Positions 28,991 through 39,643 of a stretch of DNA of 64,000 bases are shown one piece after another. The DNA lies in assembly GCA_965261735.1 (NCBI GenBank), contig OZ253470.1:768001-832000 (forward strand), in the 5' to 3' direction. Position 1 is the first letter of the stretch; every line of letters starts with the position of its first letter. The notes beneath the pieces were generated by a model. The model saw only the letters and a list, made by a program, of their open reading frames with translations, did not search any database and was not told the origin of the DNA. The position numbers and the translations under genes are program-made. The DNA comes from Alphaproteobacteria bacterium. Its GTDB lineage: Bacteria; Pseudomonadota; Alphaproteobacteria; SHVV01.

Positions 28991-29878
28991 TCACAAATTG
29001 AACACGCGCAACGGCCTCACCTCGCTTCCCGCGGCCCGTACCAGTGCCACCAGACGGCCTGCGGCCATCGCGCACACGGTGCCTTGTGGGATGCTCGAAA
29101 GCTCCACGGTGATGCCGTGGCTGAGGCGCTCGGCCTGGACCTGGGTCAGCTCCAGGGCGGGCATGCCCGATAGCGCGGCTTCCACCGGCAGCAGGGCCTT
29201 TGCGAGCGCCCGACTATGCCCCAGGGCCTCGAGATTATCCAGCGAAATCGCTTGCGCGGCCGTGAACGGGCCAACCCGCGTCCGCCTGAGCTCGCTGACG
29301 TAGGCGAGCGAGCCGAGACGGTGGGCGAGGTCGCGCGCCAGCGCCCGCACGTAGGTGCCCTTACCGCAGGCGACCTCGAACATGGCCCCGGCGGCGGTGC
29401 TCGCGACGCGCTCAATGCTGTGAATCTCGACGGTCCGCGGCGCGAGTTCGGGCGGGCGGCCGGCCCGGGCCAGGGCGTAGGCCCGCTCACCGCCCACCTT
29501 GAGCGCCGAATAGACGGGCGGCGTCTGCTCGATGCGGCCGACGAAGTGGGGTAGCGCGGCCGCGATCGCCAGATCCGTGGGACGCGCGGCCGACTCATCG
29601 GTCACCTCGCCGGTGCGATCGTCGGTCGCGCGTGATTGGCCCCAGACGACACTGAAACGGTACATTTTGCGGCCGTCGACGACGTGGGCCATGGTCTTCG
29701 TCGCTTCGCCCAGGGCGACGGGCAGCACGCCCGTGGCAAAGGGATCGAGCGTGCCGGCATGGCCCGCCTTGCGCGCGCCCATCAGGCGCTTGACCCGGGC
29801 GACGACGCGCGCCGATGTCGGACCTTCAGGCTTGTCGATGACGACCCAGCCGTGCACGGGCGCGGCGTCAGGAGGCAT
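28991..29878 (-). CDS. truB: tRNA pseudouridine(55) synthase
   Basis: [30 protein letters not shown]. Confidence 0.96.
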   Translation of the reverse strand: MPPDAAPVHGWVVIDKPEGPTSARVVARVKRLMGARKAGHAGTLDPFATGVLPVALGEATKTMAHVVDGRKMYRFSVVWGQSRATDDRTGEVTDESAARPTDLAIAAALPHFVGRIEQTPPVYSALKVGGERAYALARAGRPPELAPRTVEIHSIERVASTAAGAMFEVACGKGTYVRALARDLAHRLGSLAYVSELRRTRVGPFTAAQAISLDNLEALGHSRALAKALLPVEAALSGMPALELTQVQAERLSHGITVELSSIPQGTVCAMAAGRLVALVRAAGSEVRPLRVFNL

Positions 29879-30293
29879 CCGAATCGCCCTGAGCCTCGGC
29901 GGCGGGCTCGGCCGGAAGGTCGCGCGCGATATCGGGTCGGCGCAACAACGCGTCGATGTGGGCGGCGGCCTCGAACCCGCGATCGAGCTCGAACTCGAGC
30001 TCGGGCATGCGTTTGAGCGCGAGCTGGTGTGCAAGCCGCATCCTGAGGTGGGGCGCGCTGCGGCGCAGCCCGCCCAGGATGCGCTCGCCCTCGGCGCCGG
30101 CGAGCGGCAGGACGAACGCCGTGGCGCGCCTCAAATCGGGGCTCACGCGAACCTCGCTGACGGTGATCGATGTCGCGGCCAGGTCGGGATCATGGAGGTC
30201 GGCGCGGGAAAAAATCTCGGCCAGCGCATGACGTAGCGCCTCGCCCACCCTCAAGGGCCTCTGCCCACCGCCGCGCTGCGCTCCCTTGACCAT
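29868..30293 (-). CDS. rbfA: Ribosome-binding factor A
   Basis: QRPLRVGE, ITVSEVRVSPDLR, LKRMPELEF. Confidence 0.95.
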   Translation of the reverse strand: MVKGAQRGGGQRPLRVGEALRHALAEIFSRADLHDPDLAATSITVSEVRVSPDLRRATAFVLPLAGAEGERILGGLRRSAPHLRMRLAHQLALKRMPELEFELDRGFEAAAHIDALLRRPDIARDLPAEPAAEAQGDSDAS

Positions 30294-30328
30294 GGCATGC
30301 CTCCGACGATCCCTTGACCGCCGTCCAC

Positions 30329-32893
30329 CTAGAGCGTGCGCGCCGTTTCCTCTACCTCGAAGGCCTCGACGGTGTCGCCCACCTGGATGTCCTGGTAGTT
30401 CTCGAACGACATCCCGCACTCGGTGCCATCGCGCACCTCACGGACATCGTCCTTGAAACGTTTCAGGGTCCCGAGTTGCCCCTCGTGGACGACGACGCTG
30501 TCGCGCAGCAGCCGCACGCGGGCGCCCTGGCGCATCACCCCCTCGGTCACACGGCAGCCCGCGATCTTGCCCGCCTTGCTGACCTTGAAGACCTCGAGAA
30601 TTTCGGCGTTGCCGAGGAACTGCTCGCGCAGCAGCGGCTTTAGCATACCGGTTAGGATCTGCTTGAAGTCGTCGATGAGCTCGTAAATCACCGAGTAGTA
30701 GCGTAGATCGATCTTGTCGCGACGCGCGATCTCACGGGCTTGGGCGTCGGCGCGCACGTTGAACCCGATCACCAGGGCCTTGGAAGCCGCGGCGAGTACG
30801 ATATCGGATTCGTTGATCCCGCCGACCCCGGCATGCAACACCCTGACCGCGACCTCGTCGCCGCCGAGGTTGCCGACAGCCCCAAGAATCGCCTCGAGCG
30901 ACCCATGGACGTCGGTTTTGATGACCACCGGCAGCTCGCTGACCCCGCCTGATTCGATTTCCGAGAACATCTGCTCGAGCGTGCCCGGGCCGGTCGTGCT
31001 GGCGCGCGCGTCGCGGGTGCGCCCCTGGCGGAACTCAGCGACCTGGCGCGCGCGCGTGTCGCTGTCGGCGACGACGAACTCATCGCCCGCATCGGGTACG
31101 TGGTTGAGGCCCAGCACCTCCACCGGGCTCGACGGGCCGGTACTTTCCACACGGCGCCCGCGGTCGTCATTCACTGCCCGGACCCGGCCCCACTGATCGC
31201 CGGCAACGAGGATGTCACCAATGCGCAGGCTTCCGCGTTGCACCAACACGGTCGCGACCACGCCGCGCCCGCGGTCGAGCCGCGCTTCGATCACGACCCC
31301 CTCGGCCGAGCGCTCCGGATTGGCGCGCAGATCAAGGACTTCGGCCTGGAGCAGGATGATTTCCTCGAGCTTGTCGAGGTTGGTCTTCTCCTTGGCCGAC
31401 ACCTCGACCGACAGGACCTCGCCGCCGAGCTCCTCGAGCACGATCTCGTGCTGGAGCAACTCGCGCCGCACCCGATCGGGGTCGGCATCGGGGCGGTCCA
31501 TCTTGTTCACCGCGACGATGATGGGCACGTTCGCGGCCTTGGCGTGATTGATCGCCTCAACGGTCTGCGGCATCACTCCGTCGTCGGCGGCCACCACCAG
31601 GACGACAAGGTCGGTCACGTGGGCCCCGCGGGCGCGCATGGCCGTGAACGCCTCATGGCCCGGGGTATCGATGAAGGTGATCTTGCCGCCCGACGCGGCC
31701 TGGATCTGATAGGCGCCGATATGTTGGGTAATGCCGCCGCGCTCGCCCTTGACGACATCGGTCTCGCGGATCGCGTCGAGAAGTGAGGTCTTGCCGTGAT
31801 CGACGTGACCCATCACGGTCACGACGGGGGGGCGATGCTCCAGCGTGGACTCCTCGTCGGCCTCGCCCTTCAGTCCGATCTCGACGTCGGAATCGCTGAC
31901 ACGCCTGAGCCGGTGGCCGAATTCGCCAACCAGGAGCTCGGCCGTATCCGCGTCGATCGACTGGTTGATCGTCGCCATCACGCCCATGGTCATCAGCGCC
32001 CGGACGACGTCGACGCCGCGCTCGGCCATGCGATTAGCTAGTTCCTGCACCGTGATCGTTTCGGGCACGATCACATCGCGCACGACCTTACCCGCTGCTT
32101 CGCCGGCGGCGCCGCTGGCGGCGCGCCGCTCGCGCTCCCGGGCGCGCCGCACCGAGGCCAAGCTGCGGACGCGCTCGTGGTCGTCGAGAGCCTGCGTTAC
32201 GGTGAGCTTGCCGGAGCGTCGACGCGGCTGCTTACCGCGCCGTGCGAGCGGTGGCCGGCGCGGCTCGACGCGGGTTGGGCGGCGCAGCCGACTGGTACGG
32301 TCCTCTTCCTTCTCCCCCTCCTCGGCCTCTCCACCGGCGAGACGCTTGGCCGCCTGCTCCTCGGCCTTCTGGCGCGCGTCTTCCTCGGTACGCTTGCGCA
32401 CTTCTTCCTCTGCGACCCGTTTTTCGGCCGCGGCGTGCTCGACCTCGAGACGGCCCTCGTCCGCGGCTCGGCGGACGGCGTCGGCCTCTGCCTGGCGGCG
32501 CGCTTCGCTGTCGGCGATGCGGGCGCCTTCGAGGGCCCGCGCCCGAGCCTGCTTTTCATCGTCGGTCAGGGTCCGTAGCAGGATGCGGCCGCGCGTTGGT
32601 TTTTCCTCGGCTTCCGAGATCTCGGGCGCGCTTACGGAGGGTTCGGCCGGCTCCGCCGTGGGCCGCCGGGCGACGCCCGAGGTCGCCTCCGGCTCCATGC
32701 CGCGGGTCGTGGCGCCGCGCTTCTTTTTGACCTCGACGGTAACGGTCTTTGAACGCCCGTGTGAGAAACTTTGACGCACATGGCCCATTTCAACGGGCTT
32801 TTTCGCCTCCAGCCGGCGTGCCGGCGTGGTCAGACTCAGGGTCCGTTCCTCGGCTTTCTGCTGCTCGCTCATATCGCCGTTGCTGTTGTCCAT
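30329..32893 (-). CDS. infB: Translation initiation factor IF-2
   Basis: [39 protein letters not shown]. Confidence 0.99.
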   Translation of the reverse strand: MDNSNGDMSEQQKAEERTLSLTTPARRLEAKKPVEMGHVRQSFSHGRSKTVTVEVKKKRGATTRGMEPEATSGVARRPTAEPAEPSVSAPEISEAEEKPTRGRILLRTLTDDEKQARARALEGARIADSEARRQAEADAVRRAADEGRLEVEHAAAEKRVAEEEVRKRTEEDARQKAEEQAAKRLAGGEAEEGEKEEDRTSRLRRPTRVEPRRPPLARRGKQPRRRSGKLTVTQALDDHERVRSLASVRRARERERRAASGAAGEAAGKVVRDVIVPETITVQELANRMAERGVDVVRALMTMGVMATINQSIDADTAELLVGEFGHRLRRVSDSDVEIGLKGEADEESTLEHRPPVVTVMGHVDHGKTSLLDAIRETDVVKGERGGITQHIGAYQIQAASGGKITFIDTPGHEAFTAMRARGAHVTDLVVLVVAADDGVMPQTVEAINHAKAANVPIIVAVNKMDRPDADPDRVRRELLQHEIVLEELGGEVLSVEVSAKEKTNLDKLEEIILLQAEVLDLRANPERSAEGVVIEARLDRGRGVVATVLVQRGSLRIGDILVAGDQWGRVRAVNDDRGRRVESTGPSSPVEVLGLNHVPDAGDEFVVADSDTRARQVAEFRQGRTRDARASTTGPGTLEQMFSEIESGGVSELPVVIKTDVHGSLEAILGAVGNLGGDEVAVRVLHAGVGGINESDIVLAAASKALVIGFNVRADAQAREIARRDKIDLRYYSVIYELIDDFKQILTGMLKPLLREQFLGNAEILEVFKVSKAGKIAGCRVTEGVMRQGARVRLLRDSVVVHEGQLGTLKRFKDDVREVRDGTECGMSFENYQDIQVGDTVEAFEVEETARTL

Positions 32894-32898
32894 CTACC

Positions 32899-33534
32899 CT
32901 AAGACGGCGCCGACCCGGCCCGAAATCCGGCAAGACGGCGCGCCTCGACCGCGAGCCGTGCTGCCAAGCCGCCCGCCGTCAGCCCAGCATGTACCACATT
33001 TTCGCGCCCCAGCGCCAAGCTCAATTCGGTCCGGCTCAGCATGTCGACCACTGGCAAACCCGCGCCCAGGCGCTCTAGTTTGCCGCGCCCGTCGGCCGCC
33101 GCATCACTCGCGACGATCAACATCGCGGCCTCTCCCGCTCGTACCAACGCACCCACCCGCTCGAAGCCTGTGACCGCCTGGCCCGAGCGGCGCGCCAGAC
33201 CGAGGAGCCCTAGGCAGCGCTCGGCCAGGAGCTGCTCGATGCGGTCCGCGAGGTCCGGCGCGGCGCTTGTCTGCTCGCGCGCGGCGCGCGCGAAAAGCCC
33301 CTTGGCGAGCGCTCGCGCGACGAGGTCGCGCGAGGGGCCGAGCCAAATACCGCGGCCGGGCAGCTTTCCCGCAACGTCGGGCACGACCTCGCCGCGCAGG
33401 CCGACGACGAAGCGAATCAGCTCGCTCGCGTCTCTGACGTCGCCGCTAGCGATGCAGCGCCGCCTCTTCTCACTCGGCGTCGCGGCGCCTCGCCCGCGCT
33501 CGGCCCGCCGGGTGCGTGCGCTAGGCGGGGCCAC
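32899..33534 (-). CDS. YlxR/DUF448-L7Ae RNA-binding protein
   Basis: RRCIASG..LIRFV..VVPDV.GKLPGRG, LGLLGLARRSG, LGRENVVHA; between nusA and infB. Confidence 0.88.
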   Translation of the reverse strand: MAPPSARTRRAERGRGAATPSEKRRRCIASGDVRDASELIRFVVGLRGEVVPDVAGKLPGRGIWLGPSRDLVARALAKGLFARAAREQTSAAPDLADRIEQLLAERCLGLLGLARRSGQAVTGFERVGALVRAGEAAMLIVASDAAADGRGKLERLGAGLPVVDMLSRTELSLALGRENVVHAGLTAGGLAARLAVEARRLAGFRAGSAPS

Positions 33535-35146
33535 CAGCCCCGGCGCCTTCCTCGGCGGCGCCCTCGGGTGCCTCGGCCTCGGCCGCGCCTTCGGGTGCTT
33601 CGGCCTCGGCGTCCTCGGCGGTCGGTTCCTCTTCGTCGCCGAACCAGTGTGCCCGGGCCGCCATAATCACGGCGTTCGCCTCGTCCTCGCTGAGCCCGAA
33701 ATCGGGCAGCAGCTCCATGAGTTCTACGTTGGCGAGGCCGGCCACGTCGTCGAGGCTCTTGGCTTCGTTCTCGCCGAGGGTCACGAGCATCGCCGGGGTG
33801 AGCACGGGAAGCTCGCCGACTTCGTCGGCGACGCCGAGTTCGCGTCGGCGCTCGGTCAGGCGGCGGTTGAGCTCTTCGAGGTAGGCCTCGCTGCGCTGGT
33901 GCAGCTCCTGGGCCAATGTCTCATCGAAGCCCTCGATACCGGCGAGTTCCTCAACCGGCACGAAGGCGACATCCTCGACGGTCGAGAACCCCTCGGTCAC
34001 CAGGAGCTGGGCGATCATTTCGTCGACGTCGAGGGCGTCGATATACATCTGGCTGCGCTGGCGGAACTCCTCCTGCCGGCGCTCCGATTCCTCGGCCTCG
34101 GTGAGGATGTCAATGTCCCAGCCCGTAAGCTGCGAGGCGAGCCGGACATTCTGGCCGCGACGGCCGATGGCGAGGCTGAGCTGATCGTCGGGGACCACGA
34201 CCTCGATGCGCTTTGCCTCCTCATCGAGTACGACCTTGGTAACCTCGGCCGGTGCAAGTGCATTGACGATGAAGGTCGCGGGGTCCGGCGACCATTGAAT
34301 GATATCGATCTTTTCGCCCTGCAGCTCGCTGACGACCGCCTGCACGCGGCTGCCGCGCATGCCCACGCAGGCGCCGACGGGGTCGATGCTGCTGTCGTTG
34401 GAGAACACGCCGATCTTGGCGCGGCTGCCGGGATCGCGCGCCACCGCCTGGATCTCGATGATGCTGTCGTAAACCTCCGGCACCTCCTGCGCGAACAGGC
34501 GCACCATGAACTGGGGGTGGGTACGCGACAGGAAGATCTGTGGGCCCCGGAGCTCGTGGCGGACATCGTAAATGTAGGCGCGCAGGCGGTCGCCGATATG
34601 GAAGATCTCGCGCGGCAGAAGCTCGTCGCGGCGCACGACCGCCTCGGCACGGCCGAGATCGACGGCGATGTTGCCGTAGTCGACTCGCTTGACGAGGCCG
34701 TTGACGATCTCGCCGATGCGGTCCTTGTACTCTTGGTATTGGCGCTCGCGCTCGGCCTCACGCACCTTCTGGACGATCACTTGCTTCGCCGTCTGGGCGG
34801 CGATGCGGCCGAAATCTATGGGCGGCAGCGCCTCGGCCAGGATGTCGCCGATCTGCGCGTCGGGATTGCGCTCGCGGGCCTCGCTGAGGGGCACCTCGCG
34901 CGCCTCGTTCTCGACCAACTCACAGACTTCGAGGCAGCGATAGAGCCTGATTTCGCCGGTCTCGTTGTCGATCTCGGCGCGAATCTCGTTTTCGGCCCCA
35001 TACTTCGAGCGCGCCGCCTTCTGAATAGCCTCCTCGAGCGCCCCGATCACAGTGGCGCGCTCGATTCCCTTTTCCCGCGCGACCGCGTCGGCAATGTGCA
35101 GAATCTCGAGCCGATTGAGGCTGGTGGTCGTTTCCGTGTCGGTCAT
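33521..35146 (-). CDS. nusA: Transcription factor NusA
   Basis: DFGRIAAQTAKQVI, ARDPGSRAKI, GACVGMRGSRVQ, AIGRRGQNVRLAS. Confidence 0.99.
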   Translation of the reverse strand: MTDTETTTSLNRLEILHIADAVAREKGIERATVIGALEEAIQKAARSKYGAENEIRAEIDNETGEIRLYRCLEVCELVENEAREVPLSEARERNPDAQIGDILAEALPPIDFGRIAAQTAKQVIVQKVREAERERQYQEYKDRIGEIVNGLVKRVDYGNIAVDLGRAEAVVRRDELLPREIFHIGDRLRAYIYDVRHELRGPQIFLSRTHPQFMVRLFAQEVPEVYDSIIEIQAVARDPGSRAKIGVFSNDSSIDPVGACVGMRGSRVQAVVSELQGEKIDIIQWSPDPATFIVNALAPAEVTKVVLDEEAKRIEVVVPDDQLSLAIGRRGQNVRLASQLTGWDIDILTEAEESERRQEEFRQRSQMYIDALDVDEMIAQLLVTEGFSTVEDVAFVPVEELAGIEGFDETLAQELHQRSEAYLEELNRRLTERRRELGVADEVGELPVLTPAMLVTLGENEAKSLDDVAGLANVELMELLPDFGLSEDEANAVIMAARAHWFGDEEEPTAEDAEAEAPEGAAEAEAPEGAAEEGAGAGGPA

Positions 35147-35155
35147 CTGTGGGCC

Positions 35156-35662
35156 CTAGTCCTTGTTGCGCCGGTCCCCGCGTTTGAGGCTCTCGGCAAT
35201 CAGCGCATCCGTCAGTACAAGTTTGGCCGCGGCGACGTCGGCGAGAGCGATTTCCACGTCACTCTCGCCGGCCCCGATCGTGAGCGTATCGCCGACGATG
35301 CCGCGCAACACCCCGCGGAAGCGGCGCCGTCCGGCAATGAGCCGCGCCGTTTCGATCAGCGCCTCATGGCCCTCGAAGCGCGCGAAGTCCTCGCGGCAAA
35401 CGAGCGGCCGGTCGAGGCCCGGCGAGCTTACCTCGAGGTCGTAGGGGCCGGAGATCGGATCCTCGACCTCGAGGACCGCCGCGATCGCCCGGCTGATGTG
35501 CGCGCATTCTTCCACCGAGATGTCCTTCCCGTCCGCGCGCTCCGCCATGATCTGAAGCGTGGGTCGCCGACCGCCGCTGAGGTGCACTCGCACCAGGCGA
35601 CAGCCCAGATCGGCCACTGTCGGGGAGACCAAGCGCTCGATCTGCTCGGTCCGATCTGGCAA
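35156..35662 (-). CDS. rimP: Ribosome maturation factor RimP
   Basis: LQIMAER.DG, LEVSSPGLDRPL; TTG start at 35662 estimated. Confidence 0.95.
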   Translation of the reverse strand: MPDRTEQIERLVSPTVADLGCRLVRVHLSGGRRPTLQIMAERADGKDISVEECAHISRAIAAVLEVEDPISGPYDLEVSSPGLDRPLVCREDFARFEGHEALIETARLIAGRRRFRGVLRGIVGDTLTIGAGESDVEIALADVAAAKLVLTDALIAESLKRGDRRNKD

Positions 35663-35693
35663 CGGTGCGGCCCTCGCGCGCCGCCGGCGCCGG

Positions 35694-35720
35694 AAACAAA
35701 AAGGCGGGCCCGTGCCCACC
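35694..35720 (-). terminator. rimP leader intrinsic terminator/attenuator
   Basis: GGTGGGC-ACGG-GCCCGCC followed by TTTTTGTTT, immediately upstream of rimP. Confidence 0.65.
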
Positions 35721-35782
35721 CCTCGTTTTCGCCCGCAGACGAGCCGATGTTGTTGTTCGTAGTGTGGAATATGCGGACAATC

Positions 35783-36529
35783 TCAGGCTGCTTCAAGGTT
35801 TTTCTCGCCGCGCGCAGCGCGTGGGCGGCGGTAAAAGCCGAGATAGATGCTGGGCCGGCCCTCGGCCTGCGTGCGCAACTCGTAGCGCGTGGCCGGCCAA
35901 TCCGCTGGGCGCATGCGCCAGTCCGCGGGCCGGTGCACGGGCCAGGCGAACGCCGGATGAGCGAGCACGTGCGCCAGCGTCCAGCGGCAGTAGCCGCCGT
36001 GATCTGTAGCGAAGCGAAACACGGCCCCATCCGTCATGACCCGCGCCAGCTGATCGAGGTTGCCCCTCTGAACGAAGCGGCGCTTGTGATGCCTGCGCTT
36101 CGGCCACGGATCGGGAAACAACAGGAAGACGCGGCCCAAGCACGCGTCGGGCAGCGCCCGGATCAGGAGGCCAGCGTCGTCGGTCAGGATGCGCACGTTG
36201 TCGAGGCCGAGGCCGGCCACGCGATCGAGCAGGCTGGCCACGCCGTTGATGTAGGGCTCGCAGCCGATGAAGCCGACGTCCGCGTGGACCTGCGCCTGTA
36301 GGGCCAGGTGCTCTCCAGCGCCGAAGCCGATTTCGAGCCAGGTCTCGCGCGGCGCAAACCCGAATAGGCCCGCCGGATCGCCGATTTCGTCGCCTTCCTG
36401 GGGGAGCGCGAGCGCGAGCCGCGGCAGCACCGTTTCGAGCAGCGCCAGCCGGCCCTTGCGCAGGCGGTGGCCGTGACGCCGCCGGCCGTAGAGGATGCGG
36501 TCGCTTCGCGGGGCGACGGCGCCGGTCAC
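35783..36529 (-). CDS. trmB: tRNA (guanine-N7)-methyltransferase
   Basis: WLEIGFGAGEHL, GCEPY, FPDPWPKRRHHKRR, FATD, TRYE. Confidence 0.95.
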   Translation of the reverse strand: MTGAVAPRSDRILYGRRRHGHRLRKGRLALLETVLPRLALALPQEGDEIGDPAGLFGFAPRETWLEIGFGAGEHLALQAQVHADVGFIGCEPYINGVASLLDRVAGLGLDNVRILTDDAGLLIRALPDACLGRVFLLFPDPWPKRRHHKRRFVQRGNLDQLARVMTDGAVFRFATDHGGYCRWTLAHVLAHPAFAWPVHRPADWRMRPADWPATRYELRTQAEGRPSIYLGFYRRPRAARGEKNLEAA

Positions 36530-36536
36530 GGCCGCC

Positions 36537-37706
36537 TCAGGAGAGGGCCGCGCGCAGCTCGTCCACGAGGTCGACCCGCTCCCACGAAAACCCGCCGTCG
36601 GGCTCGGGAGGCCGGCCGAAATGGCCGTACGCCGCAGTGCGTGCGTAGATCGGCCGATCGAGCGAGAGATGCTCGCGGATGCCGCGCGGCGTGAGGTCCA
36701 TAACCTCGCCGAGCAGCCGTTCGAGACGCACCTCGTCGCCCTCGCTGCCGCCATGGAGATCGACATACAGAGCGAGCGGCTTGGCAACGCCGATGGCATA
36801 GGCGAGCTGAATGGTGCAGCGGTCGGCGCACTCGGCCGCGACCACGTTCTTGGCCAGATAGCGTGCCGCGTAGGCGGCCGAGCGATCGACCTTGGAGGGA
36901 TCCTTGCCCGAGAACGCGCCACCGCCGTGACGCGCGGCCCCACCATAGGTATCGACGATGATCTTGCGCCCGGTCACGCCGCAATCGCTGTCGGGGCCGC
37001 CCATAACGAAACGGCCCGTAGGGTTGACGTAGAACTCGGCCTCCGCGCACATCCAGCCCGCGGGCAGCACATTGACGACGTGCGGGCGCACGATCTCGCG
37101 GACCTCCTCCTGCTCGAGATCCTCGGCGTGCTGGGTTGAAACCACCACCGATGTGGCACGCACGGGGTGCCCGTCCTCATACTCCAGCGTTACTTGGCTT
37201 TTGGCGTCCGGTCCCAGTCCCGGCTCGGAGCCGGAGTGGCGGGCGTCCGCCATGGAGCGAAGGATGCTATGCGCGTAATGAATGGGTGCCGGCATCAGCT
37301 CCTCGGTCTCGCGACAGGCATACCCGAACATGATGCCCTGGTCGCCCGCACCCTCCTCCTTGTTGCCGCGAGCGTCGACGCCGAGCGCGATGTCGCTCGA
37401 CTGGGAGTGGACGTGCACCTCGACGGCGCTGTGGCGCCAATGGAAGCCCTGCTGCTCGTAACCGATGTCCTTGACGCAGGCCCGCGCCGCCTCCTCGAGA
37501 TGGCGATGGGTGATCGAGGCGGGACCCCGGACCTCGCCCGCCATCACGATGCGATTGGTCGTGGCCAGCGTTTCGACGGCCACTCGAGACTCGGGATCGG
37601 CCGTCATGTACATGTCCACGACCGCGTCGGAGATGCGGTCGCAAATCTTGTCCGGATGCCCTTCGGACACCGACTCGCTGGTGAACAGGTAGTTGCCTCT
37701 AGGCAC
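36537..37706 (-). CDS. metK: S-adenosylmethionine synthetase
   Basis: [38 protein letters not shown]; GTG start with GGAGG RBS. Confidence 0.98.
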   Translation of the reverse strand: MPRGNYLFTSESVSEGHPDKICDRISDAVVDMYMTADPESRVAVETLATTNRIVMAGEVRGPASITHRHLEEAARACVKDIGYEQQGFHWRHSAVEVHVHSQSSDIALGVDARGNKEEGAGDQGIMFGYACRETEELMPAPIHYAHSILRSMADARHSGSEPGLGPDAKSQVTLEYEDGHPVRATSVVVSTQHAEDLEQEEVREIVRPHVVNVLPAGWMCAEAEFYVNPTGRFVMGGPDSDCGVTGRKIIVDTYGGAARHGGGAFSGKDPSKVDRSAAYAARYLAKNVVAAECADRCTIQLAYAIGVAKPLALYVDLHGGSEGDEVRLERLLGEVMDLTPRGIREHLSLDRPIYARTAAYGHFGRPPEPDGGFSWERVDLVDELRAALS

Positions 37707-37943
37707 GGGTCCCCTCCCAGAACTTGGGTTCCGGGGCCCGCAAGGAGCCGCGCCCACGCTGGCCCACCGCCCCTTCGCCGCCGCCGGGCGCGCCTGCCTC
37801 AAAGCAAGTTTTTGTGGCGTTACTCTTGTGGCATTGTGGGCGCGCCGCTGAGGGCGATCCTACTTGGCAGCCTTTCCAGCCACCGTCAAGTTGTTTGATG
37901 GGCCCGAAACCGGCCTTGCGCCTGGCCTTTGCGCGTGCGCCCC

Positions 37944-38375
37944 TTAGCTCGGGTGAGAGCCGGCGGCGATCGCCTTGACCAGATCGAACACCCGCCCGCG
38001 TACCGCCGGATTGGTGATCCGATAGTAGGCGCGGACGAGTTCAAGCGTCTCGCGCTTGGTCAGCTGCTGCTGCTCGAACGGCTGCGCCCCGGGTTCGCTC
38101 AGGCCACCCGAGCGCGCCGCCGTATCCGCCGTCATCTCGTCGAAAAAGAACGACACCGGCACGTCGAGGACCTTCGCGAATTGAAACAGCCGGCTCGAGC
38201 CGATGCGGTTGACGCCGCGCTCATATTTCTGGATCTGCTGGAAGGTCAGGCTGACGGCGTTGCCGAGTTTCTCCTGGCTCATGCCGAGGAGCGTGCGCCG
38301 CAGCCGAACCCGGGCGCCGACGTGAATGTCGACTGGATTGGGTTTTCCGGGAACGCTCTTGGTTACTGCAACCAC
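37944..38375 (-). CDS. XRE-family HTH regulator
   Basis: PNPVDIHVGARVRLRR..GMSQEKLG..LTFQQIQKYERG.NR; conserved lnt-HTH-metK order. Confidence 0.9.
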   Translation of the reverse strand: MVAVTKSVPGKPNPVDIHVGARVRLRRTLLGMSQEKLGNAVSLTFQQIQKYERGVNRIGSSRLFQFAKVLDVPVSFFFDEMTADTAARSGGLSEPGAQPFEQQQLTKRETLELVRAYYRITNPAVRGRVFDLVKAIAAGSHPS

Positions 38376-38536
38376 GACTATTCGCCTTTCCGCAAGACGG
38401 CCTTTGCCGGCCCATTTCTCGCCGCAAACAACCCCCCGCAGCCACAAAAGCCGGTCCGGAATTGGGCGCGCCTGGCGCTAGGCCCGGTGATATAGGAGGA
38501 GTGTGGCGTGGTCAATGATATTCTCGATCAAGAAAC

Positions 38537-39641
38537 CTTGCCTATCCGGTTAACGCCCATGACCGCTACATGTAGGGTGCCACCACTCTCCCGAGTAAAG
38601 CTCGGCATAGGTTGGAGCAGAGGTGTCGCCCGCGATGCCGAGCAATGAGCGGAAGGCGTTGAACGGGTAGAACCGCCTGTTGAAGCGGAAGGTGAACTCG
38701 TTGAGGTAGGCTTGTAGGTGCTGGTGGCTAACGCCGTGGTGGATACCGATCAGCCACGTCTTCAGGTTGGCGAAAACCAGATGGATGATCGGCAGGTATT
38801 GCTCGGCAACCTCTGGATCACCACACTCGGCAACAGCGAAGTGCTCATAGCCGCGCTTCCCGAGGCCAGCATAGCCGCTCCAATCGTCAGTAACGATCAG
38901 CGATCGCGGCGCGACGGTGCTCTCGACGAACCCACAGAGCGACTCGGCGCTACGGTCGAGCACGACGGCGAGCCGAACGCATCCGGCATAGCGTCCGTCT
39001 TTCCGGTTGTCGAGCTTGGTGCCCGGCTTTCGATGACGCACCTCGATGGCACAGGAGACGGGAACCTTGTGGTGAACACCACGGCCTTCCCCACGCGTTC
39101 GCCCGCCAACCCAGGTTTCGTCCACCTCAACATGGTTCTTGGGCTGTCCACCGATCCTGTCTTGGTTGGGCCACACCATGCCCGAGCGGAGCTTGTGGAG
39201 AATTTGAAAGGCCGTCTCGTAGCGCGAAAGACCAAGTTGCCGCTGAAACTGCACGGCGGACATGCCGGGCGTCTGACTGGCGACCAGATAAGCGGCCCAG
39301 AACCAGACGTTCAGCGGAGTGTGGCTACGCTCCATCACTGTTCCCACCGTCAGCCCGGTGTTCTGGCGGCACTTGCGGCAGCGCAGGACGCCAGGGCGGT
39401 TTTCAAAGTGGAACGGCTCTCCCGCCGTGCCGCAGTGCGGGCAGGCAAAGCCGTCTCCCCAGCGGGCTTTCTCCAGGTAGGCGGCGCAGGCCGCATCATC
39501 GGGGAAAAGTCGCTGGAACTCGGGTAGCGAATGCGGGAATGGGAGATCGGCGCGGTCGAGAACATCCATGGCGCGCTCCCCTATATCCGGGTTGCGCCCA
39601 TTCTAGCCCTAGTGGGTGTGGGTGTAAACCGGATAGGCAAG
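38537..39641 (-). mobile_element. IS1595-family insertion sequence, copy 2 (1105 bp)
   Basis: Same TIRs and length as copy 1, opposite orientation; 2 bp after the lnt stop codon. Confidence 0.93.
38550..39569 (-). CDS. IS1595-family transposase
   Basis: CPHC...CRKC zinc ribbon, VEVDETWVGG, TDDWSGY. Confidence 0.93.
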   Translation of the reverse strand: MDVLDRADLPFPHSLPEFQRLFPDDAACAAYLEKARWGDGFACPHCGTAGEPFHFENRPGVLRCRKCRQNTGLTVGTVMERSHTPLNVWFWAAYLVASQTPGMSAVQFQRQLGLSRYETAFQILHKLRSGMVWPNQDRIGGQPKNHVEVDETWVGGRTRGEGRGVHHKVPVSCAIEVRHRKPGTKLDNRKDGRYAGCVRLAVVLDRSAESLCGFVESTVAPRSLIVTDDWSGYAGLGKRGYEHFAVAECGDPEVAEQYLPIIHLVFANLKTWLIGIHHGVSHQHLQAYLNEFTFRFNRRFYPFNAFRSLLGIAGDTSAPTYAELYSGEWWHPTCSGHGR

Positions 39642-39643
39642 GC

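Noticed and set aside
33041-36301. 1086-aa plus-strand ORF
   Set aside because: Antisense shadow of nusA, rimP and trmB caused by high-GC codon bias; no domain motifs.
19471-39641. Composite transposon or an inversion that has already happened
   Set aside because: The enclosed genes are core, synteny at both junctions is native, and no outer target duplication exists.
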